From NCBI GenBank assembly GCA_030603495.1, contig JAUVXR010000013.1:1133-65132 (forward strand): a stretch of 64,000 nucleotides of DNA. Reading direction: 5' to 3'. This document shows positions 55,051 through 64,000 of this stretch, piece after piece (the first letter of the stretch is position 1; each line of letters starts with the position of its first letter). A model generated the notes under the pieces. It was not told where the DNA came from. It saw nothing but the letters and a program-made list of their open reading frames with translations, and did not search any database. The stretch comes from a bacterium (lineage in GTDB: Bacteria; Armatimonadota; Zipacnadia; Zipacnadales; Zipacnadaceae). The translations under genes were made by a program, and so were the position numbers.

Positions 55051-57366
55051 CTATCCCGCTCCTCTGGATGCGCGTAGTCTTATCAACAGTGCTTCAGCCG
55101 GGTAGGCGAGGGGCTGCGTGACCGTCTGACTGTACTGCCCCGTCGGCGCGAAGACGGTCATTTCAACCTGTTGCGGCAAGTCGGACAGCTCCAGCCTTGT
55201 TTCGGGCACATCACAGTAAAACAGCCAATCAGGTCCGTCGCGCACCAGCTCCCACACGCCGCCCTCTAGATAAATGGTCAGCACCGTGCTGCCCGCCACC
55301 TGCACTTTCAGCGGTTCGGCCACCGCCTGCCCCCCAGTCACGACCGGGGCAATGCCGTCTTCGAGCAGAGCGTGCATATTCTGGCCGCCCTTGGCAAAAT
55401 GGGGCCGGCTGCGCTGCCCAGTATTGCGAGTCCGGCTCACGTGCTTAAGCATCCAGGTGCGCGCCGAAGTCGCTGGCCTGCTGTCGAGGCTGCACCACAC
55501 CAGCGTCCCCGCCAGTTTCCCACCGCTAACCGCCAGTATCCGACTTTGGCCCGTGATAGTCTTCGCCGGATCGCCCGTGCCCTCCTGCCCGCTCACGAAG
55601 GCGAAGTGCTGAGAAGAGGATGGGGTCGGCGGCAAATCGGTCAGGCGGTCAAGGACTTGGCCCCTTGCGCCCGCGGGGAGATGGTCGTGGAGCTCGGCTT
55701 GCATTCGTTGGGCGTTGCGCCGCAGGTAGAGAAAATCAGCCGGCCCGGGCGGACAGCCGGGGAACCAGTTGGCCAGGTGCGCGCGGCTGCCCAGATCGTA
55801 GACTTCGTCCACCAGCGTACCAGCGGGGTTGCCGAAGATGTCAACCTCGCTGAAGACCACCTGGACTGTGACATCATGCTGCACTTCCTGGGCGCGGAAA
55901 ACCTGGCCTGCTAGTGCGGCCAGCCCCCAGCGAGTCGGGTCGGCTGAGACGTCGAAGTAAGACAGCTTGTCTGAGTCTGGCTGGCAGTCGTAGGTAAAGA
56001 GCAGCATCGCGTCTATATCCTGCTCGGCACCATACTCTGCGGTCTGCATAATACCCTCCGCCCGCCAGGGGTTGGGCCAGCAGACGTTCCATTCCCGAAT
56101 CACCAGCGGCTTGCCCACCACTCGCGGCCCACACAAGCGCCGCACCGCGGTGTCCGCCCCCACGGCCATCAGGGGATTGCCGGCTTCAAAGTAGGCGAGC
56201 ACATCACTGGGCCGCTCGGCCTTGAAAAAGGGGTGCGCAAAGTAGTAGTTTGCCGCGACGAAATCCAGTTCCGCAGCGATCGAGAACAGGTCTGCGGGAT
56301 GCGTGAAGTCAGCTACTGCGCTTATCGGCGCCCGCACGCCCATTTCCCCCAGCGCCTGGCGCATGCGGCGGAAGTAGTCGCGGTGCACTTCGACCACGAA
56401 CCGGCGAGCATCGCTCATGCGGGCCGCGTTCGCCGGCGCGGATAGCGCCATACCGGGCAGAACCACCGTGCCCGCGTCCAGGCTCTCGAAATGCGCCAGT
56501 GGCTGATTACAGCCGCTGCGCCGCCAGGCCTGAGCAAGGTGTTCGGTAGTCCGATAGCGCGCGCGTAGCCACGCGTTCCAGCGCTCAATAAGCTCCCGCC
56601 GGTAGGGCGGGATTATCCGCCGCCAGTGCTGCTCGGTGGCAAACAGGCCGTTCTCATCGCACAGCTCAATTATCGCGACTGCCGGGTCCTGCGCGTAAGT
56701 CAGGCCCGTATACGGGTTCACGTGCTCCGCCAGCAGCTCCCGTGCGTAATCAATCTGAAGGTCAATAAGCCGGTTGGCGAAGACCGCGTACGGCTTGGCA
56801 CCGCGCCCCAACACGCTACCGTTGGGCACGCCTTCGTCTTCCCAGAAGGTCCGGTAATCCAGCAGGTCCAGATAGACGTAGATGCCTCGCTTCTTGAGCG
56901 CAGCGATCCAGTAGTCAACGGCGTCGAGCTTGTCGGGGTCCAGTCGTGGTTTCTGACCGGCCCGGTCCGGCGGCAGCAGTCCGCCCACGTCGTCGAGGTG
57001 ATGCAGGCGCACCAGGTTGAAGCCGGCGCGGGCAAACAGCTCAGCGACCGCATCAATGGTCTCGTGCGGCTGGAAGACAGCGTGCTTGGCGACGTTGATA
57101 CCCCAGAATCGGACGCGCTGTCCGTCCGCGAAGCAGAACTGCCCGGATTTATTCACGGTCAGAAAGCCATGTTGCCCCGCGGGCCCAGAAAGCTGACTGC
57201 TGAAGTCAGCCAGACAGGAATCAGCGAAACGGTAGTCGTTGACGTCGAGGCGGGGCAGTTCATCGAGGTTGACCACTGGTGAATCAGTGTGCCCCGTGGC
57301 CAGCGCGAGTAAGCCAATCAGTACAACGGCAACCGCAGTGTTAGCTTGGCACAACCAGCGCTTCAC
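55051..57366 (-). CDS. Secreted clan GH-A (GH5-like) glycoside hydrolase
   Basis: Signal peptide; RFWGIN, FNLVRLHH, GIYVYLDL, HVNPYTG, ELCDEN, KPLVIREWN. Confidence 0.75.
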   Translation of the reverse strand: MKRWLCQANTAVAVVLIGLLALATGHTDSPVVNLDELPRLDVNDYRFADSCLADFSSQLSGPAGQHGFLTVNKSGQFCFADGQRVRFWGINVAKHAVFQPHETIDAVAELFARAGFNLVRLHHLDDVGGLLPPDRAGQKPRLDPDKLDAVDYWIAALKKRGIYVYLDLLDYRTFWEDEGVPNGSVLGRGAKPYAVFANRLIDLQIDYARELLAEHVNPYTGLTYAQDPAVAIIELCDENGLFATEQHWRRIIPPYRRELIERWNAWLRARYRTTEHLAQAWRRSGCNQPLAHFESLDAGTVVLPGMALSAPANAARMSDARRFVVEVHRDYFRRMRQALGEMGVRAPISAVADFTHPADLFSIAAELDFVAANYYFAHPFFKAERPSDVLAYFEAGNPLMAVGADTAVRRLCGPRVVGKPLVIREWNVCWPNPWRAEGIMQTAEYGAEQDIDAMLLFTYDCQPDSDKLSYFDVSADPTRWGLAALAGQVFRAQEVQHDVTVQVVFSEVDIFGNPAGTLVDEVYDLGSRAHLANWFPGCPPGPADFLYLRRNAQRMQAELHDHLPAGARGQVLDRLTDLPPTPSSSQHFAFVSGQEGTGDPAKTITGQSRILAVSGGKLAGTLVWCSLDSRPATSARTWMLKHVSRTRNTGQRSRPHFAKGGQNMHALLEDGIAPVVTGGQAVAEPLKVQVAGSTVLTIYLEGGVWELVRDGPDWLFYCDVPETRLELSDLPQQVEMTVFAPTGQYSQTVTQPLAYPAEALLIRLRASRGAG

Positions 57367-59273
57367 CAGCTCAGGCCCTCCTCGGTGGCGGCAACGAGGT
57401 CAGAGCGCAGGCCGGACAGCGCGACCATCTTTAGACCCCGTTTTCTTAACTCGTCGGGCAGACCAGGCAATACATCAACGGTTTCATCGTCCCCGTTATG
57501 CAGCAGGACGATTCCCCCGGGCTGGATGTTGCTGAGCAGTCCTGCTCTGATCTGGAACGGCTGGGCACCCGGATAGTCGCAGATGTTGGCTGTCCAGAAA
57601 ACGGTGGTGTACCCCCACAAGCCGGTGGCCTGCCGCACGGCCTCATCGTAATGGCCACCCGGCGGCCGGAACAAAGTAACGCTGACTCCGCTAGCCTGGC
57701 GGATAGCTGCACGGCTGCGCACCAGCTCTCGCTCGATCTCCAGTGGGGAGAGCTGCCGCATATCGCGGTGGGTGTAGGAGTGCGAGCCTAGCTGGTGACC
57801 TCGGCGGACGATCTCACGGGTCAGCTCGGGATACAGGTCAACCTGCTTACCGACCAGGAAGAAGGTAGCCTTCGCCCCGGCTTGGTCGAGGTGGGCGAGT
57901 ATCCACGGTGTGATCTTGGGGTGCGGGCCGTCATCGAAGGTGAGTGCCACGGCGTCTTTCTCCCCCACCAACTGGTGCATTTCGCCGGGCGAGCTTCTGG
58001 TGGGGATGTTGAGATGCTGGTAGGCGACCAAGAGATGATCGCGCAGTCTGGGCAGCGCCGGTGACTGGGTGAACGCCGCCTCGTAACTCGCGATGGCCTG
58101 CAGGTAATCCCTCTGAGCTTGCCAGATGCAGCCGCGCAGATGTTCCCATAGGCCAGGACCGGGCTGCAGGAACAGGTACGGCCGTAGCTGCTCCACGGTC
58201 ACCTCTCTAGCCCGTTGTTCCTGGGGTGCTAGCGTGCGATTGCCGTTTTGCACTACCACGCCCACCCAGACGCTGCGTACAACCCGGCCCTGGTGGTCAT
58301 AGCCGTCCACTCGCAATCTCTGCCAGCCCTCGGGGCAGTTCGCCGTCGTCACGAACAGGTCAAACGGAGCCTGGTTACTCATACTTACAAACCTGTCCCC
58401 CAGCAGCACCGATATGTGGCTAACATCGAGCGCGCTCCCAATCTGCACGCGGACACGCAGGCGGCCCGAGACCGGTGAGCCGTGCCGGGGGCGGACTATC
58501 TGGAAATCCGGCTCCTGGTGAAGAAGTTCCTCCCCGCTCACTGGTAGCCTGGGTGCAACAGGTGGTGGTGCGGGCTGGGCCAGTGGGTGGGCTCGGGCAT
58601 AGTAAGCCCCTTGACCGAACAGGCAGTCTTCGACCATCAAGCCGTACAGCGCCAGGCCACTGGGCGGCTCCTGCATGGTCTGGGCAGCGGGCCCGGTCTG
58701 TTCTCTGGCCAGCAGGCTCGCGGCCCGGACGTAGCGCGCCAGGAGATGGTCGGCATCCTCCTGCAAAGCCTGGGCCGCTGAGCTGAGCGCGCTGTCGTAT
58801 AGACCCTGGCGACATTGCAGGTAGGCCACGGCGGCGCTGACTTCGACTCGCTCCTGGCGGCCAAGGTCGGTCAGCAGTAGTTCTTGGTAGGTCTTGAGAG
58901 CAGCCTGGTCGTCGCCGAGTTGACAGTATGCCGCGGCCAGACCAAGGCGTCCCAGCGAGGAGTTAGGGCCGAGGGCGGCCACCGCCTGGAAATCGGTTAC
59001 GGCCTGGCTACCTTCCCCGAACAACAGATGCACCAGACCGATGCCGGCGCGTGCCTCCCCGCAGCGGCTGTCCTGCCGGTAGGCGGCTTCAAACTCCTGC
59101 CCAGCACGCTCCAGCTCGCCCCACTGCAGCAGCCTGCAGCCCGCCTCCAGCCTCTGCCCGACGGAAGCGTCCCCGGGTAGGCCCACTGCCAAGACCATCG
59201 GCAATACCAGCCAGCCCAGAACCTCCGCCAATGGGTTATGCTGCCATGGTGCTCGCATCTTCATTGTGCCCAC
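57363..59273 (-). CDS. TPR + Ig-like + NodB polysaccharide deacetylase
   Basis: TPR helices; VALTFDDGP, ATFFLVG, HSYTH, FRPPGG, IVLLH. Confidence 0.9.
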   Translation of the reverse strand: MGTMKMRAPWQHNPLAEVLGWLVLPMVLAVGLPGDASVGQRLEAGCRLLQWGELERAGQEFEAAYRQDSRCGEARAGIGLVHLLFGEGSQAVTDFQAVAALGPNSSLGRLGLAAAYCQLGDDQAALKTYQELLLTDLGRQERVEVSAAVAYLQCRQGLYDSALSSAAQALQEDADHLLARYVRAASLLAREQTGPAAQTMQEPPSGLALYGLMVEDCLFGQGAYYARAHPLAQPAPPPVAPRLPVSGEELLHQEPDFQIVRPRHGSPVSGRLRVRVQIGSALDVSHISVLLGDRFVSMSNQAPFDLFVTTANCPEGWQRLRVDGYDHQGRVVRSVWVGVVVQNGNRTLAPQEQRAREVTVEQLRPYLFLQPGPGLWEHLRGCIWQAQRDYLQAIASYEAAFTQSPALPRLRDHLLVAYQHLNIPTRSSPGEMHQLVGEKDAVALTFDDGPHPKITPWILAHLDQAGAKATFFLVGKQVDLYPELTREIVRRGHQLGSHSYTHRDMRQLSPLEIERELVRSRAAIRQASGVSVTLFRPPGGHYDEAVRQATGLWGYTTVFWTANICDYPGAQPFQIRAGLLSNIQPGGIVLLHNGDDETVDVLPGLPDELRKRGLKMVALSGLRSDLVAATEEGLSW

Positions 59274-59300
59274 GTAGCGGGCCGATGCTATGGCGAGCTG

Positions 59301-60089
59301 TTATTCACACTCAGCAAGTAGCTGGACCTCGCCCGCCGCAATCTCGCGCTGCCCCTCGGCAGTGCAAATGGCCAGTGCGCCGCGATCGGTAATCGCCTCC
59401 GCCGTCCCGTAAACCTGCTCTGTACCGACGGTTATGCACACCGCCCGGCCTAGCAAGCCGTCAAACTTGCGATAGCGGTGTACGACACCGTCGCTGTCAC
59501 CAGCCTGAAACTGTTGGTAGATACCATCCATCTTCTCAAGGACACCCACGAGGACCTCTTCGCGTCGTAGCGGTGCACTGGTCTCAGCTTCCAGGGTAGT
59601 GAGGGGGCGGTCTACGTCTGCCTGCAGGGCCTGGGGCTGGCCATTGACGTTCAACCCCAAGCCGACTACTACCGCCTCGCCCCGGCCTTCCAGCAGGATG
59701 CCCCCGACCTTGCGCCCGCCAATCAGCAGATCGTTGGGCCACTTGGTGGCAACAGGAAGATCGTAGCGGGAGCTGAGCACCTCTGCCACCGCTGCCGCCG
59801 TACCCAGAGACAATATCGGAAGCCCACGCGGCTCAACGGTGGGGCGCAGTACCGTCGAGAAGAGCAGGCTGTGGCCGGGCTGGTCGTGCCAGCGGCGGCC
59901 CCGCCGCCCCCGTCCGGCGCTCTGGGTCTCGGCGATGATCACCGTGCCCTCCGGCTCTCCGGTAGCGGCGAGACGCAGAGCTTCGTCCATTGTGGAAATC
60001 AACTGGGGATAGTATAGCAGCGTCGCGCCGACGAGCTGCGTTCGAAGCTGCCCTGTACACCACGCCACATCCAGTGCCCTACTCGCCAT
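59301..60089 (-). CDS. birA: Biotin-protein ligase (no HTH domain)
   Basis: QSAGRGRRGRRW, KWPNDL, KVGGIL, GLGLNV. Confidence 0.93.
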   Translation of the reverse strand: MASRALDVAWCTGQLRTQLVGATLLYYPQLISTMDEALRLAATGEPEGTVIIAETQSAGRGRRGRRWHDQPGHSLLFSTVLRPTVEPRGLPILSLGTAAAVAEVLSSRYDLPVATKWPNDLLIGGRKVGGILLEGRGEAVVVGLGLNVNGQPQALQADVDRPLTTLEAETSAPLRREEVLVGVLEKMDGIYQQFQAGDSDGVVHRYRKFDGLLGRAVCITVGTEQVYGTAEAITDRGALAICTAEGQREIAAGEVQLLAECE

Positions 60090-61449
60090 CAGCGTCCACG
60101 GCGTCCCGGGAGATGTAGTAGGTTTCGTCCTCGACCTGAAGCTGGCAGTCGGCGATATCGGCCAAAATGCGCAGCGCAGCTTCGGCTGGTACCCCGGTGC
60201 TGAAGTCGGCCGATATCGGCTCCTGGCCGATGCCCTCGCCGGCAATGACTTCTACCTTCGCCTCCTGAGCAACCGCCTGGAGCGCCTCGTCGAGTGGTGT
60301 GTCCCGGAATACCTGTGTGGTCAGGTGCTTTGGCGGAGGCTGGAAGTCGGGAATGGTCACCTGGGCGGAGGCAGCCACGCCGGGCAACTCGGAGAGCAGG
60401 TCCACTTGTAGCTCCTGCGCACCGCTCGCCGTGGCGATGATGCCGAAAACCAGGTGCTTGCTTTCCTGTGCCTTAAGCGGCCCGTGGTAGATGATCGGCT
60501 TGCCTTCCGTCAGGCGCAGGCTACCCTTGGGCTGCACCTGCACAACGGCCTCTTTGACATCGGCCTCGGGCTGAATCGTTATCTGGACATCGAGCGGGCG
60601 CCCGACAGTGCGCTGCTCCAGTGGTGGTGGCGTGACGATCATCTTGGCTCCGGCTTTGGCTTCCGCGACGACCGCGCCGGTGCTGGTCGCCCCATAGAGA
60701 GGCCCGAGCGTACGCCGTTCGCCGAGCGGCTCAAGTGGTGGGGCCAAGTCCGGGCCGGCGTCAGCAGCTTGTCCGCCTGCGGGCATCTCCTCTGCTGCGC
60801 CGTTCGCGCCTTCCGGCACCATGCTCTTGCTCACAGCGTCTGTTGTTAGTTCGCGCTCAGCGACCGGTGGTGGCGGGGGCTGGATGGCAAGGGGCTGCTC
60901 TTCGAGTCTTGCTGGCCTATGCGGTTGGGGCTGCCTGACTCCTACTGCGGCGGGCGTGGGGGCACTGGGCGGCACTGGCTCGCGGGTGACCCTGTCTTCA
61001 GGCGCTTGTGCCAATTCAGGCGAGGCGAACTCCTCGGACTTTGCCAGTTGTGCGGTCTGGTCGAGGGCCTCGCTGCTAGGCGCTGGCATGCTTGGCGTCG
61101 GTCCGACGCTCTTGGCGACCGGCAGCACTCCCTGATATGAAAGGACCGCCCAGAAGCCCACCAGCAGCGTGGCAGCTACCGCTACCGTGCTGATACGCTG
61201 CCAGGAAATCCGCGATCTGCCGACGACTGTCTGCGCTGCCACCGCCTGATTGATCCGGGCCAGTAAGTTCTCCGGCGGGCTGGCTGCGGGCAACGAATGC
61301 AAGGCGGCGACGGTCCGGCGCAGCGCCTCTAGTTCCGCCGTGCAGTCCGAGCACGCGTCCAGGTGAGCAGCTACCTGTTCGCCCTGCTGCGGCGTCAGGC
61401 TGCCCTCCAGATAATCAGTAAACTGTCCCTGGCACTGCGTGCAACGCAT
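60079..61449 (-). CDS. Zinc-binding (zf-HC2) membrane anti-sigma factor with C-terminal FecR_C/STN-like domain
   Basis: HLDACSDC, single TM, Pro-rich linker, FRDTPLDEALQAVA..ALRIL. Confidence 0.85.
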   Translation of the reverse strand: MRCTQCQGQFTDYLEGSLTPQQGEQVAAHLDACSDCTAELEALRRTVAALHSLPAASPPENLLARINQAVAAQTVVGRSRISWQRISTVAVAATLLVGFWAVLSYQGVLPVAKSVGPTPSMPAPSSEALDQTAQLAKSEEFASPELAQAPEDRVTREPVPPSAPTPAAVGVRQPQPHRPARLEEQPLAIQPPPPPVAERELTTDAVSKSMVPEGANGAAEEMPAGGQAADAGPDLAPPLEPLGERRTLGPLYGATSTGAVVAEAKAGAKMIVTPPPLEQRTVGRPLDVQITIQPEADVKEAVVQVQPKGSLRLTEGKPIIYHGPLKAQESKHLVFGIIATASGAQELQVDLLSELPGVAASAQVTIPDFQPPPKHLTTQVFRDTPLDEALQAVAQEAKVEVIAGEGIGQEPISADFSTGVPAEAALRILADIADCQLQVEDETYYISRDAVDADGE

Positions 61450-61514
61450 CGCTTCTCACCGAACCGTATTCACTGCTCTCTGCCCCGCTGGGGACATGCA
61501 AGAATATGACTTTC

Positions 61515-62111
61515 CTAAGGTTCAAAAAGTTCCAGGTGCGGCTTGAGTTCTTCCTTGAGCGCGTTGCGAGCCCGGCTTAGCCGGGACTTCACCGTGCCCA
61601 GCGGCATATTCAACGCGTCGGCTACCTCCTGATAAGAGAAGCCGTTGAGGTCGTATAGCACCAGCACAATGCGGTGTTCTGGCGCTAGCCGTTGGAGGGC
61701 TTGATGCACCAAGGCCTGGCGCTCGTGGCGAGTAGCCTCCCGGGCCGGGTCGGCTGCCTGGTCGGGAATGCTGCGCTCCTGGGGCCCTTCGTCGTCGTCG
61801 GTAACTAGGGTCAAGCTGGTGGGCTGCCTTGCGGACTCGCGCAATTCGTCCAGGCAGACGTTGGCGACTATTCGGTATAGCCACGTGGAAAACGACGAAT
61901 CGCCGCGGAAACTGCCCAGCGAGCAGAAGGCGCGCACGAATGCTGCCTGGGTCGCATCGGCAGCGCTGTCGGCGTCGCCCAGCATGCGAAACGCGGTGTT
62001 GTAGGCACGCGTGTAGTGCTCCCTGACCAGCAGGTCGAAGCCGCTACTATCGCCCGCCCGGCACTGACGGATTATCTCTGCCTCATTAGCCGACAATTGC
62101 TCTTGCCTCAA
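61515..62111 (-). CDS. ECF RNA polymerase sigma factor
   Basis: FSTWLYRIVANVCLD, GFSYQEVA..GTVKSRLSRAR. Confidence 0.95.
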   Translation of the reverse strand: MRQEQLSANEAEIIRQCRAGDSSGFDLLVREHYTRAYNTAFRMLGDADSAADATQAAFVRAFCSLGSFRGDSSFSTWLYRIVANVCLDELRESARQPTSLTLVTDDDEGPQERSIPDQAADPAREATRHERQALVHQALQRLAPEHRIVLVLYDLNGFSYQEVADALNMPLGTVKSRLSRARNALKEELKPHLELFEP

Positions 62112-62141
62112 ATCCTGGTGCAGCGACGGGCTGTCCGGCGG

Positions 62142-62927
62142 CTACAATCGCTTTCGCTCGGCCAGCCTGTCGTCAACATAGACGTGCAGCCGGTCGCCGG
62201 TCGCGGCGGTGAAGTCAATCAGGATCTCGTCACCTGGGCGGTGGATGCGGTCGTACAGATCCCTGGCACCGTAGCGGTGATTGAGCGTTATTCGTACTCG
62301 CTGGACGGTCGGGCCGGCGGGGACCACGATGCGTACGCGGCGCAGCAGCAGGCTGTGCCCGTCCCGGTCGCGAAGCTGCCCGAAGTCGGCCCCGCCGCTC
62401 AGCACCAGGTCTATCGCTTCACCCCGGGCCAGCTTCTCGCCGCCGGCCGGGCTCTGGCTGAGCACGTGGTCTAGGGGTTGGTCACTGTGCCGGCGAGTGA
62501 CCCTTCCCAGCTCGAATCCTGCAGTCGCCAGCAGCAGTTTCGCATCATCTACGGTCAGTTCGACGACCTTCGGTACGCTGATCTTACGCGGTCCGCCGCT
62601 GATGATCAACTCAACGCGGCGTCCTGTCCGCACCTGCATCAGGGGAGGAGGTTCGCTACCGATTACGTGCCCGTGAGGGACTTGCTCGTGGTGATTGTGA
62701 GCCGCAACGTGGCCCGCCAGTCCTGCCTCGGCAAGCATCACCAGGGCTCTTCCCTCCGGTTCGCCGATTACGTTGGGCACCGCCACTGGTTCACTACTGG
62801 ACCCGAGCCCGACAAACGAAACCCCCACGAAAGCCAGACTCCCCGCTGCCAGGACCACCAGAACGCTGGCACCGCCCCGCAGCCATGCCCATAGTACCGG
62901 ATTACGCACTGACAGCTTTCGCAGCAT
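62142..62927 (-). CDS. Membrane-anchored PASTA-domain protein
   Basis: TM followed by two PASTA repeats (VPNVIG..V.LIISGG; VPKVVE..VLSQSP). Confidence 0.85.
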   Translation of the reverse strand: MLRKLSVRNPVLWAWLRGGASVLVVLAAGSLAFVGVSFVGLGSSSEPVAVPNVIGEPEGRALVMLAEAGLAGHVAAHNHHEQVPHGHVIGSEPPPLMQVRTGRRVELIISGGPRKISVPKVVELTVDDAKLLLATAGFELGRVTRRHSDQPLDHVLSQSPAGGEKLARGEAIDLVLSGGADFGQLRDRDGHSLLLRRVRIVVPAGPTVQRVRITLNHRYGARDLYDRIHRPGDEILIDFTAATGDRLHVYVDDRLAERKRL

Positions 62928-63078
62928 CGTCTATTCTCTCAGCCTCCCAGAGGACAGCTTCGGGGCCTACCTCGTAGCCCGATTTGCCCTCGGGTGGTAC
63001 ATATCAGGTCTGCGCTGCCTTCGCGAAGGCCACCACCGTCACACTACTGGGTGTGTGGTGGCCTGGGCTGGTGAAGAT

Positions 63079-64000
63079 TCACACGAGCAGTCGCACCAGC
63101 GCCCCGCGCAGGTCAGAGAGCTTCACCTGGTCAGTCACCTCGACTCGCCCGATCTGGGGGACTACTGGCAAAGTCACCTGCCCCTGCCGGATCTTCTTGT
63201 CAGAAGACAGCGCGGCCCAGGCCCCATCGAAGTCCACCTCACTCAAGTCTGGCTGTAGCCCAGCCTGTTCTACCAGCCGGCTGAGTCGCTCGACCACAGC
63301 CGGCTCGGCCAACCCCTTCTCGACTGCTATCTGGCTTTCCGCGATCATTCCTGCGGCAACCGCATCCCCGTGTGAAAGCTGCCACTGCGAGGCCGCGCGT
63401 TCCAGCCCGTGGCCGACGGTATGCCCAAAGTTGAGCACCACCCGCCACCCCTGCTCGTGCGGGTCGGCGCTGGCCACTTCCGCCTTGATCTGGCAGTTGC
63501 GCGCCAGCAGGTACTTCAAAGCGGTGCGGTCACGATTCATGATCCGCTCGAGGTTGCTCTCGAGGTAGGCAAACATCTCCGCGTCGGCAATAGCCGCGTG
63601 CTTGATGACCTCAGCCAGACCTGATTGAAGTTCGTCGTCGGGAAGGGTATCCAGCGTCCGACTGTCAACAACCACTGCCCGGGGCTGGTGAAAGGCGCCG
63701 ACCAGATTCTTGGCGCGCGGCAGGTCCACTGCTACCTTGCCGCCCACGCTGGCATCCACCTGCGCCAGCAGCGAAGTGGGCACCTGCACGAACTCTATTC
63801 CCCGCATATAGACGGCAGCTACAAAGCCCGCTATGTCACCGATCATCCCGCCTCCGAGCGCGAAGATGACCGAGCCGCGGTCCAGTCCGGCTTCGGCTAA
63901 CTGCTCGCAGAGCTGTCCGGCGGTTGCCAGCGTCTTGCTGGCCTCACCAGCGGGCACGGTCAGCAAGCGCACATCCCAGCCAGCCCTGCTGAGGCTGGCG
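63079..64000 (-). CDS. aroB: 3-dehydroquinate synthase (5' end outside window)
   Basis: GEASKT, GGGMIGD, PTSLLAQVDASVGGK, KNLVGAFHQP, LNFGHT. Confidence 0.97.
   Translation of the reverse strand, partial: ASLSRAGWDVRLLTVPAGEASKTLATAGQLCEQLAEAGLDRGSVIFALGGGMIGDIAGFVAAVYMRGIEFVQVPTSLLAQVDASVGGKVAVDLPRAKNLVGAFHQPRAVVVDSRTLDTLPDDELQSGLAEVIKHAAIADAEMFAYLESNLERIMNRDRTALKYLLARNCQIKAEVASADPHEQGWRVVLNFGHTVGHGLERAASQWQLSHGDAVAAGMIAESQIAVEKGLAEPAVVERLSRLVEQAGLQPDLSEVDFDGAWAALSSDKKIRQGQVTLPVVPQIGRVEVTDQVKLSDLRGALVRLLV

Overview
GC-rich bacterial chromosome segment. Gene order is Terrabacteria-like (tilS-ftsH-folK; rpiB-dCMP deaminase-wecA-wecB), and the lineage is possibly Armatimonadota-like, which is an unverified inference. 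It holds about 45 mostly housekeeping CDSs, a complete rRNA operon (16S-tRNA-Ile-tRNA-Ala-23S-5S, ~35.0-40.8 kb) and tRNA-Met. The most striking structure is a ~3.0 kb lower-GC, integrase-less cassette bracketed by a 73-bp direct repeat of the 3' part of the 5S rRNA gene (40736-40808 / 43766-43838). It carries a small putative RNase H-like protein and an SNF2 helicase fused to an Mrr-type nuclease, and looks like a candidate defence module inserted into 5S rDNA. The helicase stop codon lies inside the displaced 5S fragment. Other notable items are a 135-nt hairpin insertion in 23S helix 45, unusual compensated changes in 16S h5/h44 and 23S H69, a candidate sRNA at ~16.1-16.2 kb, a presenilin-like GxGD protease, an internally deleted IS3 element, a stand-alone rpsR and a frameshifted aminotransferase. 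All calls come from reading the sequence; no searches were run.
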